IMG/VR virus record: IMGVR_UViG_3300020044_005691
Location: 1 to 53,652 of that record
DNA from: a virus
Taxonomy: Duplodnaviria > Caudoviricetes
Strand: one strand, 5' to 3'
Length of the DNA stretch: 53,652 nucleotides
Shown here: one piece after another, positions 1 to 9,447 of the stretch
Numbering within the stretch: position 1 is the stretch's first letter
Layout of the letters: the number at the start of each line of letters is the position of its first letter
Notes under the pieces: generated by a model
Database searches by the model: none
Seen by the model: the letters and a program-made list of their open reading frames with translations, nothing else
Told to the model about the DNA's origin: nothing
Position numbers and translations under genes: made by a program

Positions 1-1
1 A

Positions 2-1621
2 CTCAGCTCGTATCTATTGGGATTGCCGACCCTTATCGATCTCAAGCTGCCAAATGTTCTCCGTTCTGTAGACATAGTGACCAGCACTTCTGGTGGTCAC
101 GGCGGTAGTTTTTCAACTAGTTCCGAAGTTAAAAATGGCGACCAGTACGCTATTTCCGTTATGGGAAGTAAAGATGCGTCGAGTGCTGGTTCGATTAAAG
201 CGGACTTAAAAATAAACATTGAACAACCGTGGGGTTCGGATGTTCCAGCAATGGTTTATTACTTTTATATAAATGCACCAACTGGCGTAGTGGTTGTAGA
301 TGACGTTTTAACCAAATTAAACACAGTACTAAATCTAAGCGGATCCAGTCAGGTTTATAGCTGGCCATTCTTTGAACCAGTATCCCACACGATTGTTGTT
401 AGTGGTCAAAGTGGAGAGTCTGGTTTTAAAGAATCGGCTTCGACAGAAATTTCTCAGTCTACAAAGAATTACTCATATAGCAGATCTGTTGCTGGGTCTT
501 CAAGTAACCGTAGCCAACTCAACAATGATGTCGTAACAATACCGCCCACATTACACGGCGACATTACATTTGGTGGTGTATATAATGGTTCGCATACACT
601 CACATCGTCTAATACAAATCAAGTAATATCTGGCATACCGCGATACAGATTCAATAACGGTTTCAGTGCTAACGCAGGTGACATTATTACGCTATGGCCA
701 TACGGCCATAAGTTTGTCTGCGATCGAAATGTCGTAAGCGCAACTAGTTTTAGTAATATAAATCACGGTGTCTATGCCCGCAAGCCGTTCATCAACGAAA
801 CGCCGCCCACAACAAGCGATACTAAGATCTACATCGGTGGCATTGAAACAGATGTCGCTCCATTATACGGCGGCAAGCGTATCAAATTTAGTGATCCATT
901 TACAGCAGCCGCTTATGACATCATTACAATGTTCCCGTCTTGGATTAGTTTTACAACGGATTATGCGATAACTGACCCGACAAACTTTTCTACCAACGCT
1001 TCTGGTGTAGTGGTTAGTTCTATTAACAACAGTGGCGTAACAGAATTGTTGACGACAGACACTGATGTTTTTGTAAATTTACAATTTGAATTTGAATTAG
1101 ATACTGGCGCAAGCATCATTATAAACTCAGATGATGAAGTAACTCTTACGAATAGTGCTGGAACAGGTGGCACTGGGTTTACTTTTATTTGTTCTGACTA
1201 TGTTGAGGTAAGTGCGGCAGATCCCAGAACTTTTTATGTTAAAGTTTACGCCATAACAACTCGTTTGCTTACTCCGAATCCTACAATAGACACGCATGTT
1301 AAGATAAACGGTGGTGGCCCAACGATTCCAGCAGCATTTGTTGCGATGCCAACTCCCACCCCATCCGTATTGTCAGCAGACAAGCAGACACCAATTACAA
1401 CGTCGTTCGTAGCTGAAGAGTATCCAGTGTTGAGTTCGACAGTGCAAAACGGAACACCAACAGCACTAGCGTCACTAGTGTCACCGTATTTCTTACCTAA
1501 AACAACCCCAGAAGATATTCCGAAATCCGGAAACTACTTAGTTCAATTTCGTGTTGAGCCTTATAAATGGGACTGGCTAAAGTGTATGGCCGTAGTGTTT
1601 GACGCTTCACATTTCGATTAA
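2..1621 (+). CDS. Virion structural (tail-associated) protein, 5'-truncated
   Basis: The frame is open from the window edge. Ser/Thr/Gly-rich, beta-strand-like composition, located in a late-gene block. No diagnostic motif, so the function is inferred. Confidence 0.55.
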   Translation, partial: LSSYLLGLPTLIDLKLPNVLRSVDIVTSTSGGHGGSFSTSSEVKNGDQYAISVMGSKDASSAGSIKADLKINIEQPWGSDVPAMVYYFYINAPTGVVVVDDVLTKLNTVLNLSGSSQVYSWPFFEPVSHTIVVSGQSGESGFKESASTEISQSTKNYSYSRSVAGSSSNRSQLNNDVVTIPPTLHGDITFGGVYNGSHTLTSSNTNQVISGIPRYRFNNGFSANAGDIITLWPYGHKFVCDRNVVSATSFSNINHGVYARKPFINETPPTTSDTKIYIGGIETDVAPLYGGKRIKFSDPFTAAAYDIITMFPSWISFTTDYAITDPTNFSTNASGVVVSSINNSGVTELLTTDTDVFVNLQFEFELDTGASIIINSDDEVTLTNSAGTGGTGFTFICSDYVEVSAADPRTFYVKVYAITTRLLTPNPTIDTHVKINGGGPTIPAAFVAMPTPTPSVLSADKQTPITTSFVAEEYPVLSSTVQNGTPTALASLVSPYFLPKTTPEDIPKSGNYLVQFRVEPYKWDWLKCMAVVFDASHFD

Positions 1622-1625
1622 AATT

Positions 1626-2117
1626 ATGGGTTCTCCTTCAATGTTCGATCCAGTAGGCCGTTCGTGGATGCACGGGAATATAGGCTACTCAAAGGCGCAA
1701 GAGCGTAAAAATCTCGACGCCGCAAAATTTGCGTATAATCCAGACGATCCATCTATCCGCAATCCACACCCGCACGGAAAGGCAAGCTATGACCATGTGG
1801 GCGACATGCAAGAGTTTCAGCGGCGGGTACATCCAGAAAATATCAGAAAAGGGTTTGACGGTGACAACGCAAAAAATAGGGACACACCGCTAACTAGTCC
1901 TGCCGTACCAACTTGTGGTGGCGCACCGCCAGCAACGGACTCTGCCACACCAACAAGAAGCTCGTCTAATACCGCACCAGTACCGCTAAACGGCGCACAA
2001 AACCCAGCCTTAAACAAAGGCAGTAACCCACTAATCCCGATTCCTTTTTACTGTTACAGGGACGGTAAACTGTCATCTGTTGACATTTACTGCAAGACAG
2101 TGCCTACGCCAGTATAA
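1626..2117 (+). CDS. Hypothetical protein
   Basis: ATG lies 4 nt after the previous stop (preferred over TTG at 1599); Pro-rich C-terminal half. Confidence 0.6.
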   Translation: MGSPSMFDPVGRSWMHGNIGYSKAQERKNLDAAKFAYNPDDPSIRNPHPHGKASYDHVGDMQEFQRRVHPENIRKGFDGDNAKNRDTPLTSPAVPTCGGAPPATDSATPTRSSSNTAPVPLNGAQNPALNKGSNPLIPIPFYCYRDGKLSSVDIYCKTVPTPV

Positions 2118-2174
2118 AATTCGAGCTTGATTAAAACAGATTATTTTTTAGGATACTAGCAACAATAACGAATC

Positions 2175-2648
2175 ATGGCTACCAATTATATAAATCAAAA
2201 TGCTCCAAAGGCATTCTTCCCATCGTATTCTCCATCAACTACTAGTAGCAGTAACCCGCTGTTAAACCCTCCGGTATCACAAAATCAAAGTAATTTTTTT
2301 GAATCTACTCAACAAGCATTCAATGCTGGCAGAGGTGGTGGCGGTGGCGGTGGCGGCTTCGGCGGTGGTGGTGGTAGTCCGCAAGATATTTCGAACAAGA
2401 TGGATGTACTCCAGCTTCTAGCAACGCAGAAAAAAATGGGACTAGCAGTTGATTACGGCTTATTGCCAAAAGAACAACGAGACGCGGCTTTAACTGGAGC
2501 AAAAGCTGATGCAGATTACTGGACAAAGCTAAGAGCTGATACTGCCAAAAGATATTTTGGTAAAGAACAACAAGACGTAGCTGTAGCTAACCAGAAAGCT
2601 AACGAAGATTACTGGACGAAACAAAACCAAAAATACCAATTCCAATGA
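2175..2648 (+). CDS. Hypothetical low-complexity protein (Gly run), possibly virion-associated
   Basis: 157-aa ORF with an A-rich leader; GGGGGGGGFGGGGGS run; repeated (A/E)DYWTK motif. Confidence 0.65.
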   Translation: MATNYINQNAPKAFFPSYSPSTTSSSNPLLNPPVSQNQSNFFESTQQAFNAGRGGGGGGGGFGGGGGSPQDISNKMDVLQLLATQKKMGLAVDYGLLPKEQRDAALTGAKADADYWTKLRADTAKRYFGKEQQDVAVANQKANEDYWTKQNQKYQFQ

Positions 2649-2785
2649 AACCCGTAACCAAGTCCCAGAAACAGGTAGCCTACTTGCTGAGTAAAGTGAG
2701 TCCGCTAAGTGCAAAGAAAGAAAACAAGCTCAAGAAAGAGTTACACTCTGGCGCGGTTAAGGTCGCGCCCAAACCAAAACCGTAA
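2645..2785 (+). CDS. Small basic hypothetical protein (46 aa, MKPVTKSQKQVAYLLSKVSPLSAKKENKLKKELHSGAVKVAPKPKP)
   Basis: Translated by hand; ATGA overlap with the upstream stop, and it fills the gap to the next gene. Below the ORF-track cutoff. Confidence 0.65.
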   Translation: MKPVTKSQKQVAYLLSKVSPLSAKKENKLKKELHSGAVKVAPKPKP

Positions 2786-2791
2786 TCTGTT

Positions 2792-3742
2792 ATGCCCGCA
2801 ATGACCGTTAGATCTCTGTCGAACCAGCTTTCGGCATACGTACAGCCAGAACTTTCGTTCTCGCAAGTTCTTAATTTAGTTATGCCGCGCATTTATGCGA
2901 TGGGCTACTGGCGGGATCTAGCGTACGAACTGAACATCACGACGAGTAACGGTTACTTTGCGCTGCCGACCGAAGCAGAATCGGTAATGGCAGCTACGCT
3001 GGATGGATCACCACAACGCTTGTGGTCCGAATGGCATGACTACAATATCACGGGCATACCAGATGGCTACAAAGCTAACAACCAGTTCGGTGTAATCGAC
3101 GACGGATTCTCGACTACCAAAGAGCTTATTCCAGATGACGTTGACCATCAACTGACTTTAGTGTCAGCTAGTTCATCGAATGTGCTACCGAATGAAGGCA
3201 ATGTTTATATCACCTATACAACATCTACTGGGCAGTTCTTTGACATAAACTTTGATCTAACACAGGTTACTGTAGGCGTTTCAGCATACGATATTACAGG
3301 CGTTAATAACGCCCGATCAATTCAAATGATCCGCTTTGAGGGCGTACCAGAGCAGATCAAACTTATTGCGTCACCTGATGCTAACGTTACTCAGTACGTT
3401 CTCGCCGAAGGAAAAGAAGATTTTGTTTCGCGCTACCGTAGGTTTCGTTGCCGTATGCCGAATAACGGTGAGACACAAGTGATTAGCTTGCTACTCAAAC
3501 GAGCATTCATGCCACTGACAAGTGACTCCGACATCGTTTATTTGGGCAATGTGAACGCAATCAAGCACGGTATTCTCGCCACAACAGCGGAAGATAACGC
3601 TGACATTGAGCGGGCCAACTACCACTGGCAGGTCTGCCGTTCGATTCTCGACGAAGAAAAGGACGCATATCGCGGCGGTACACGACAAGCAGTCCGTATT
3701 GATCCTTACTCCGGTAATGGGCGCGTATCAAACATGTACTAA
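2792..3742 (+). CDS. Putative head-tail adaptor / tail tubular-like protein
   Basis: 316 aa. The N-terminal helix followed by 'GYFALP', and the C-terminal 'AIKHGILA...RANYHW' helices, resemble podovirus adaptor proteins. Inference only. Confidence 0.45.
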   Translation: MPAMTVRSLSNQLSAYVQPELSFSQVLNLVMPRIYAMGYWRDLAYELNITTSNGYFALPTEAESVMAATLDGSPQRLWSEWHDYNITGIPDGYKANNQFGVIDDGFSTTKELIPDDVDHQLTLVSASSSNVLPNEGNVYITYTTSTGQFFDINFDLTQVTVGVSAYDITGVNNARSIQMIRFEGVPEQIKLIASPDANVTQYVLAEGKEDFVSRYRRFRCRMPNNGETQVISLLLKRAFMPLTSDSDIVYLGNVNAIKHGILATTAEDNADIERANYHWQVCRSILDEEKDAYRGGTRQAVRIDPYSGNGRVSNMY

Positions 3743-4062
3743 TGAAGTATCCGGCAACGATCAATATCGCAGGTCATCGGATCAAGCTCAAGTTTGTTCC
3801 GTTAGCAGACTGCTATGGCCAGTACGACCATGAAATAAAAACGATTCAAATCAATTCGGCCTTTAAGTCTGACCGTGAGTGTGTTCTAGTAACGATTCGC
3901 CACGAGATGATGGAGGCTTCTTTACTTTTATCTGGCGTAGGATTTTCAGATAAATACGAACAAGAGATTATCGTGCGTTGCATGGAAGAGATCTTCTTTC
4001 CAGCATGGGATAAGTTCGTCGCAACTGTTAACAAAATAATATGCCAGAATTCAAAAAAGTAG
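3742..4062 (+). CDS. Small zincin/SprT-like protein with HExxE variant motif
   Basis: 'CYGQYD...IQIN...TIRHEMMEA' matches the small phage metallopeptidase-like layout, with the second His replaced by Glu. Confidence 0.55.
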   Translation: MKYPATINIAGHRIKLKFVPLADCYGQYDHEIKTIQINSAFKSDRECVLVTIRHEMMEASLLLSGVGFSDKYEQEIIVRCMEEIFFPAWDKFVATVNKIICQNSKK

Positions 4063-4568
4063 GTAAGTTCATCGAGTTTATTCCAGCCGCCGAAGACTTA
4101 AAGGAAGCATCAAATCGGGCAGCGGCATTGGGCGTGCTGCCCAATTCATTTACAAATGGTGCTGGTCGAATGACTGGATTCTTAGGCGAAGTCGCCTTTG
4201 AGCGATACTACGGTAATACGACCTACAAAGGCGACGTATCTTACACGCACGATTACGTTATGAACAATAAGAAAGTTGAGGTCAAATCTAAGACTTGTTT
4301 GTCACGACCGAAGCCAGATTATGTGGCGTCCGTTAACGGCAAGCAAGACAAAGTATTCGAGAACGACATCTTCTTCTTTAACCGTGTAAGCTCGTCATTG
4401 TCCCGTGTCTGGATGCTCGGCTGGATTTCTCGTAAGTCCTTTTTCAAGCACGCCCTATTCATAAAAGCGGGTGAATCCGCCGATGACGGATTCACCCAAA
4501 GAGCATCAGGTTTTCACCTGCCAATCTCTAAACTACGTAGTCCAGACTCTCTGATTCGTCCATCGTGA
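4041..4568 (+). CDS. PD-(D/E)XK restriction-endonuclease-like protein
   Basis: 'GFLGEVAF...HDY...VEVKSK' motif, plus the 'VWMLGWIS' strand seen in this phage family. Confidence 0.65.
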   Translation: MPEFKKVGKFIEFIPAAEDLKEASNRAAALGVLPNSFTNGAGRMTGFLGEVAFERYYGNTTYKGDVSYTHDYVMNNKKVEVKSKTCLSRPKPDYVASVNGKQDKVFENDIFFFNRVSSSLSRVWMLGWISRKSFFKHALFIKAGESADDGFTQRASGFHLPISKLRSPDSLIRPS

Positions 4569-6699
4569 TGTCATACTTAGTGGACAGATCGATCTTCCAG
4601 ATCTTACCACCGCCCTGACCACTGGAACGGACTGGCCGAACGTGTGTGTTGTTCTTGCTTGCTTCTTCCATCGTGCTCATGCCGCGACGGACGAACTCAA
4701 GATTGCTACTCATGCCGACATTTCGGCCATTGTTGAACTCGTGCAGTGATACTTGAAACTCAGTAAGTGTACCACACCAGTAAGGCTTGTCTGGCGTATA
4801 GTCGCGGCAGCGTTTCGAGAAGAACTCGACAAGCTCCGCAACGGATGAGCGACTTGAATTGTCGTAAGCCGCGCTCGCAACTGTCTCGTCGATGTAGCTC
4901 TTAATGCCAAAGCGACCAAACTCTTCGATCTCTTTTGGAATCTTCCAGTCTAGCAAAAACCGACCGAAGTGTGGCAGCTCATCTTCGATCATTGCTTCGA
5001 GCTGAGAGTTTCTCGGAAACTTGCTTGTCGCAGTGTCAGCAATACGAACGGCCATGAGCTTGTCGCGGTTACTACTGTCGAGTGCTGGAATGACTGAAAG
5101 ACTATTCGCGTCCATGTTCAGCGAGAGAATGACGCGGCCTGTCCATGGAACGGATAGTGCATCGGCATACTTTGCCATGTACTCGACTCGCGGGTTGGCG
5201 ACAGATCGCTTGATAAGCTCTGTTGCTTTGCGCTGGTCTTGGAAGCTAGCCGCTGACGTTGTATCGTCGATCACCCATGCGGCCACACGACCTAAGTCTT
5301 TGTTGAACTTTGTCTGACCGCTCAAGTAATCGCTAGCATCTGCGTAACCGCCGACTAAACCAGAGATGACACGGTTGGAAAGAAGCGACTTTCCTTTATT
5401 GGTTGGGCCGACGAGTAGTAGCGCGTGACCCTGAACGAACTCACGATCAAGAACAGCCTTATAGAACCTCTGGAGCCACGAGTAGAAATACTCGATAGTT
5501 GGCCTTTCAGCGGTATCAACAAACAATTGGTTGAGCCAGCTATGAATAAACGGCCATTTAGATGGGTCGCCGTCGGCATCAGGCTCGACTGGTTTGATGT
5601 TCGCGCAGTTTAGGATTCGATTACCGTTATACGACACGACACGATCTTTGCAGAATACTACTGGGGCGATCTCATCAATCCGATTCTGGTTAGAAATCGT
5701 AAGAATTGCCGCTTCAACTTCCGACAGAGCTTGCCCTTTCTTCTGGCGAGCGGAGAAGCCCGACTGTCTAAGCTCAAGAATTAACTGCTCCCTATTGATC
5801 GTGACAGCGGACTCGAACAGAACTTTGAAGAACGAGCGACCGTTGTACCAGTACTCGTTAAGCAGATTACCCATCTTCTTTTGCTCGAAGTCTTTAACAA
5901 ATGACGCGCCGAAGATGTCACGCCAGCTCAAGAATCCCTGTCCAGCACGGTCACTATGGCAAATGATTCCGTCTTCAACAACTTGGCAACCATCACGGTT
6001 GATCCCGTCATCGATCCAGAACAATGGCCCGCGTGAACCAATATCAAAGTCGCCGACCCAACGGTTCGGGAATCGGGACTCAACTTCCGCAGCGATAATG
6101 TCAATCGGTATCGATGTATCGTGAGACTGCGGCGGTGCTTCACTAGCCGCTTTCGTGAGTGCTGTCTGAACAACGGCATCGGAAAGACTGCCGCCTGAAA
6201 CTGTCCAGTCTTCACCCAACTCAAAGTACTGGCTCGCTTTGAGCGACGTGCTGTCGTAGCCAGCGAATAGTCGATCAAGTTTAAGCGCAGACTTCATGTG
6301 CTTCATGAATCCGTCGAACATTTCCGGTGCGATTGGCAACGGATTCTCGAACTCCCAAATAAGACGCAAGTAGCCCGATTGGGTTTTCGTGCGCCATGTT
6401 GGAGGATTCAGGCCACACTTTGAGTTGATGTCGCTATCAACGCCCGCCCAGTTAACTGGCGCATCGTAGTCGGCAACAACCCCGTGAATCTTATTCGGCG
6501 GGTTATCGTTTGAGATACGCTTCGACGGCGTGCTGCCCTCTACTGTAGAGTAGAAAATGTGGTCAGTGTTTGCGTCGGCGTACCATGCGCGGTAGTCAGC
6601 TTTGCTGGCGAACTTTGGTTTCGGTTTGACAATCTTGTCTAAGCCCGTTGCTTTGACGGCTTTATTGTCGCGGAGGTTTTTAAGGTAGCGGTAAATCAT
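4528..6699 (-). CDS. Primase-helicase (N-terminal primase/prim-pol, C-terminal DUF5906/NrS-1-like P-loop helicase)
   Basis: DxD motif 'VVADYD', 'TQSGY'; Walker A GPTNKGKS; Walker B-like 'WVIDD'. ATG at 6699 overlaps the polymerase stop. Confidence 0.8.
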   Translation of the reverse strand: MIYRYLKNLRDNKAVKATGLDKIVKPKPKFASKADYRAWYADANTDHIFYSTVEGSTPSKRISNDNPPNKIHGVVADYDAPVNWAGVDSDINSKCGLNPPTWRTKTQSGYLRLIWEFENPLPIAPEMFDGFMKHMKSALKLDRLFAGYDSTSLKASQYFELGEDWTVSGGSLSDAVVQTALTKAASEAPPQSHDTSIPIDIIAAEVESRFPNRWVGDFDIGSRGPLFWIDDGINRDGCQVVEDGIICHSDRAGQGFLSWRDIFGASFVKDFEQKKMGNLLNEYWYNGRSFFKVLFESAVTINREQLILELRQSGFSARQKKGQALSEVEAAILTISNQNRIDEIAPVVFCKDRVVSYNGNRILNCANIKPVEPDADGDPSKWPFIHSWLNQLFVDTAERPTIEYFYSWLQRFYKAVLDREFVQGHALLLVGPTNKGKSLLSNRVISGLVGGYADASDYLSGQTKFNKDLGRVAAWVIDDTTSAASFQDQRKATELIKRSVANPRVEYMAKYADALSVPWTGRVILSLNMDANSLSVIPALDSSNRDKLMAVRIADTATSKFPRNSQLEAMIEDELPHFGRFLLDWKIPKEIEEFGRFGIKSYIDETVASAAYDNSSRSSVAELVEFFSKRCRDYTPDKPYWCGTLTEFQVSLHEFNNGRNVGMSSNLEFVRRGMSTMEEASKNNTHVRPVRSSGQGGGKIWKIDLSTKYDITMDESESLDYVV

Positions 6700-8453
6700 T
6701 TTTCGTAGCGAGTAAGAATTGAGCCTTCGGCGGATAGTGGGATGTCGGGAATCCACTCAGGCGGAGTGGACATGATGTTGATGATTGAACTCAGTGCGTC
6801 TTCAGCTTTGTCGGCGTCTACTTCAACGACGACTTCATCGTGGACATGGAATACAATATCAAAGCCAGCTTCGTCAATGCGACAGAGCATATTACAGAAT
6901 ATGTCTCTCGCTAGTGCTTGAGACGCATTCTCTGCTAGTAGCCCGCCCCAGAGTTTTACTGGCAACCGCTTACCATTACGCATCATCAGCGCGACGTAGT
7001 TCGTCTTGCCGTTCTGCTTAACTGGTCGAACTTTGCCATAGTCTAACGAGCGGCCAGATGGCAGGTCGATTGTTAGAGATACTTGTTGGTCATACGAAAC
7101 AGATACATCTGTCGTGTACTCGCGCCATAGTTTCGTTACCGACTTCATCTTATTTCGATAAAGATCGACAGCATCTTGTGCCTCTTTTGCATCCATCTTT
7201 GACATGATAGCGAACTTCTCCGCTCCGGCTCCGTAGCCGCAGCCCAACACCATCGCCTTAACCCGATGCCTCAACTTCGGATCCTGCTTCATGCTTCCCT
7301 GTTCCTTAGTCCAGAGTCCAAATCGAATGGCGAAGGCTTCATAGATGTCGGAACACGCTTTAATTTCCTTCATCGTGTCGTAATCTTGAGCGAGCCAGCA
7401 GAGCGTACGCACTTCGATCTGCGATAAATCAACTACGACAAGACGCTTATCTGGTTTAGTAGAAATAAGATGCCGCAAGTTGACGCCGAACATTTCGTCT
7501 CGCGGCAAGTTCTGGAGATTGAGATTACCACCGCTGCCACTGAATCGGCCAGTGTGTGCACCGTAATACATCAAGCCGCCGTAGTAGCGACCGTCTGGCA
7601 TTGTTGCGTAATTGAACGACTCAATCTTCTTCTTGAGCGAGTTGATGCGACGCCAGTTCTTGACGGCGTTAACCCATGTGTATTGCTTGCTGTGGATACG
7701 CAGCCATTCTTGTGCATCTTCGTCGCCCTCTGCGAGACTGTGTGGCGGCTCGATGCCGACTTTGCGGCACTCAGCGTCGAAGGCTACACGGCTCAGTAGC
7801 GGCTTGTCGCCCAACCACGGAATCAATTCTTCCGATTCAAAGAGGCGTTTATTGATCTCGCCCAACTGGGTGTGTATCAATTCTACGTCTACTGGGATAC
7901 CGCGCTGTATGCCAGTTCGATTAACGCGGCTAATCTCGCGTTCCGCTAGTGGCCACTTTGGTGAGTAATCTTGCCATAGACGTAAGCAGAGTTCGGAATC
8001 TTTGAGTGCGTAGAGCGAGACTTCTTCTTTGAATTCTTTTGTCATTGAGTCCCACTGCTTTCCACTCATATTGTCGCGGGTAGACTTATCGACGGTAAGA
8101 TCGTAAGCGGTAGCCGTCGCACCTTTCAGTGATCTTGGCAGTCCGCAATAAGCGGCCATATCAGCAGTGCAGTGCCATTCAGCTGGCTCGCATGAGGCCC
8201 ACCAGTTCTGTTTGACGCCATACAAGTAGAGCGTCTGATCGAAGGATGCGTTATGCGAAAGTACAGCGTTTCCGTTAAGTAGCGTCCAATCGAATTCTTT
8301 TGGGTTGCCAACGAATGTGTATCCAGTATCACTGACCACTGATACCATATAGGCTGAAAAGTCAGGATGTGAGAAATAGCCCAATGGGCCGAGTGTTTTA
8401 ATCGAGCACTGCTTATCGTAGTAAGTCTCGAAATCAATTGCGTAAGTGTCCAT
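6696..8453 (-). CDS. polA: DNA polymerase, family A, with 3'-5' exonuclease domain
   Basis: ExoI DFET, ExoII HNASFD, ExoIII YALKD; HTGRFSG, NLQNLP; motif A DLSQIEVR; motif B RHRVKAMVLGCGYG; motif C VHDE. Start set at MDTYAID. Confidence 0.95.
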   Translation of the reverse strand: MDTYAIDFETYYDKQCSIKTLGPLGYFSHPDFSAYMVSVVSDTGYTFVGNPKEFDWTLLNGNAVLSHNASFDQTLYLYGVKQNWWASCEPAEWHCTADMAAYCGLPRSLKGATATAYDLTVDKSTRDNMSGKQWDSMTKEFKEEVSLYALKDSELCLRLWQDYSPKWPLAEREISRVNRTGIQRGIPVDVELIHTQLGEINKRLFESEELIPWLGDKPLLSRVAFDAECRKVGIEPPHSLAEGDEDAQEWLRIHSKQYTWVNAVKNWRRINSLKKKIESFNYATMPDGRYYGGLMYYGAHTGRFSGSGGNLNLQNLPRDEMFGVNLRHLISTKPDKRLVVVDLSQIEVRTLCWLAQDYDTMKEIKACSDIYEAFAIRFGLWTKEQGSMKQDPKLRHRVKAMVLGCGYGAGAEKFAIMSKMDAKEAQDAVDLYRNKMKSVTKLWREYTTDVSVSYDQQVSLTIDLPSGRSLDYGKVRPVKQNGKTNYVALMMRNGKRLPVKLWGGLLAENASQALARDIFCNMLCRIDEAGFDIVFHVHDEVVVEVDADKAEDALSSIINIMSTPPEWIPDIPLSAEGSILTRYEK

Positions 8454-8465
8454 AATTATTGAGGT

Positions 8466-8506
8466 AAAAAAGGCCCGCACTGGTTAAGACATGAGCCAGT
8501 GCGGGC
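8466..8506 (-). terminator. Intrinsic terminator-like hairpin just upstream of the polymerase start
   Basis: GCCCGCACTGG/CCAGTGCGGGC stem (8473-8506) followed on the minus strand by T6 (8466-8471). Confidence 0.6.
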
Positions 8507-8540
8507 GGTTTTAATTCAGTTATTGAATTAAGTTATTAGA

Positions 8541-8741
8541 CTAGACGATCTCGAATTCGAGTTGGCCAGACGATTCGCTAACTGTTTTGGCAATTGCATC
8601 GCGTACGACAGTAAGCTTACGGAGATTAAATTGAAGTTCTTCAAGTTTCTCTGTGAGTTCGTTAATCATTGATGTCAATGTATCGGTTTCTACGCGAAGG
8701 ATTTGATCTTCGGTAATATCTTGTAGTGTTGCGATGTCCAT
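8541..8741 (-). CDS. Small coiled-coil hypothetical protein
   Basis: 66-aa ORF co-oriented in the operon, with a heptad Leu pattern. Confidence 0.7.
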   Translation of the reverse strand: MDIATLQDITEDQILRVETDTLTSMINELTEKLEELQFNLRKLTVVRDAIAKTVSESSGQLEFEIV

Positions 8742-8755
8742 TATTGTTATTCTTC

Positions 8756-9397
8756 TTATTGGTTGAAGTTAGCGGTGAAGTCGAGAACAGCTTCGTCAGG
8801 CTCGTTAGATGTGATGCTCAGTGATGGAGCATACCAGCTATACTTGCTCTTAGTCATGATACCCGATTGGAAGTTCCACAGACGGCTCTGGAGCGGTACG
8901 GTCTTATTGAAAGCTGCGAATGTGGCTAGACGTTTGAAGGTCTGGCGATACGCGTCTTTAGCAACATTGATCTTGCCGATTGCGTATTGGCTATCACCGA
9001 TTGGGTACGGATAAGCCTCTTCGTCTTCATCACCTTCGGGTTGCTTGAACATCAGAGTGATCTCTGCGAACTCAAGCATCTCGTAATCTGATGCGTGTCC
9101 GATAGCGTCTGCTTCTTCTTTCGTGTAAGTGATCTTAGGCATCCCGTCATCATCATACGGAATATCTTCACGCCATCCTTTGACGACAGACAGGACCGTT
9201 ACTGGCACGTTCTCATCTGGCTTTGCCAGAACATGCTTCTTGTCGAGAACCAACGAGCCAATTGGCGCGTTAATGTCACTCGTCTTTTGAACAATGTTCA
9301 GGCGTTGGATGTCGATGTCACTCGCTTCAATCACCAAACCACTACGATTTGCGATTCCGTTATTTTGTGCCACAATGGCTGTTTCTTTTGTTTCCAT
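8756..9397 (-). CDS. Putative ssDNA-binding / replication accessory protein
   Basis: Sits between a DUF2800-like nuclease and PolA, the usual SSB slot in this module; acidic; 'SWYAP' aromatic C-terminal strand. Confidence 0.45.
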   Translation of the reverse strand: METKETAIVAQNNGIANRSGLVIEASDIDIQRLNIVQKTSDINAPIGSLVLDKKHVLAKPDENVPVTVLSVVKGWREDIPYDDDGMPKITYTKEEADAIGHASDYEMLEFAEITLMFKQPEGDEDEEAYPYPIGDSQYAIGKINVAKDAYRQTFKRLATFAAFNKTVPLQSRLWNFQSGIMTKSKYSWYAPSLSITSNEPDEAVLDFTANFNQ

Positions 9398-9447
9398 AAT
9401 AGGAGTTTCTTTCTTCTTGTTTCTCGTTTCTTGTTTTGACTACTGGC

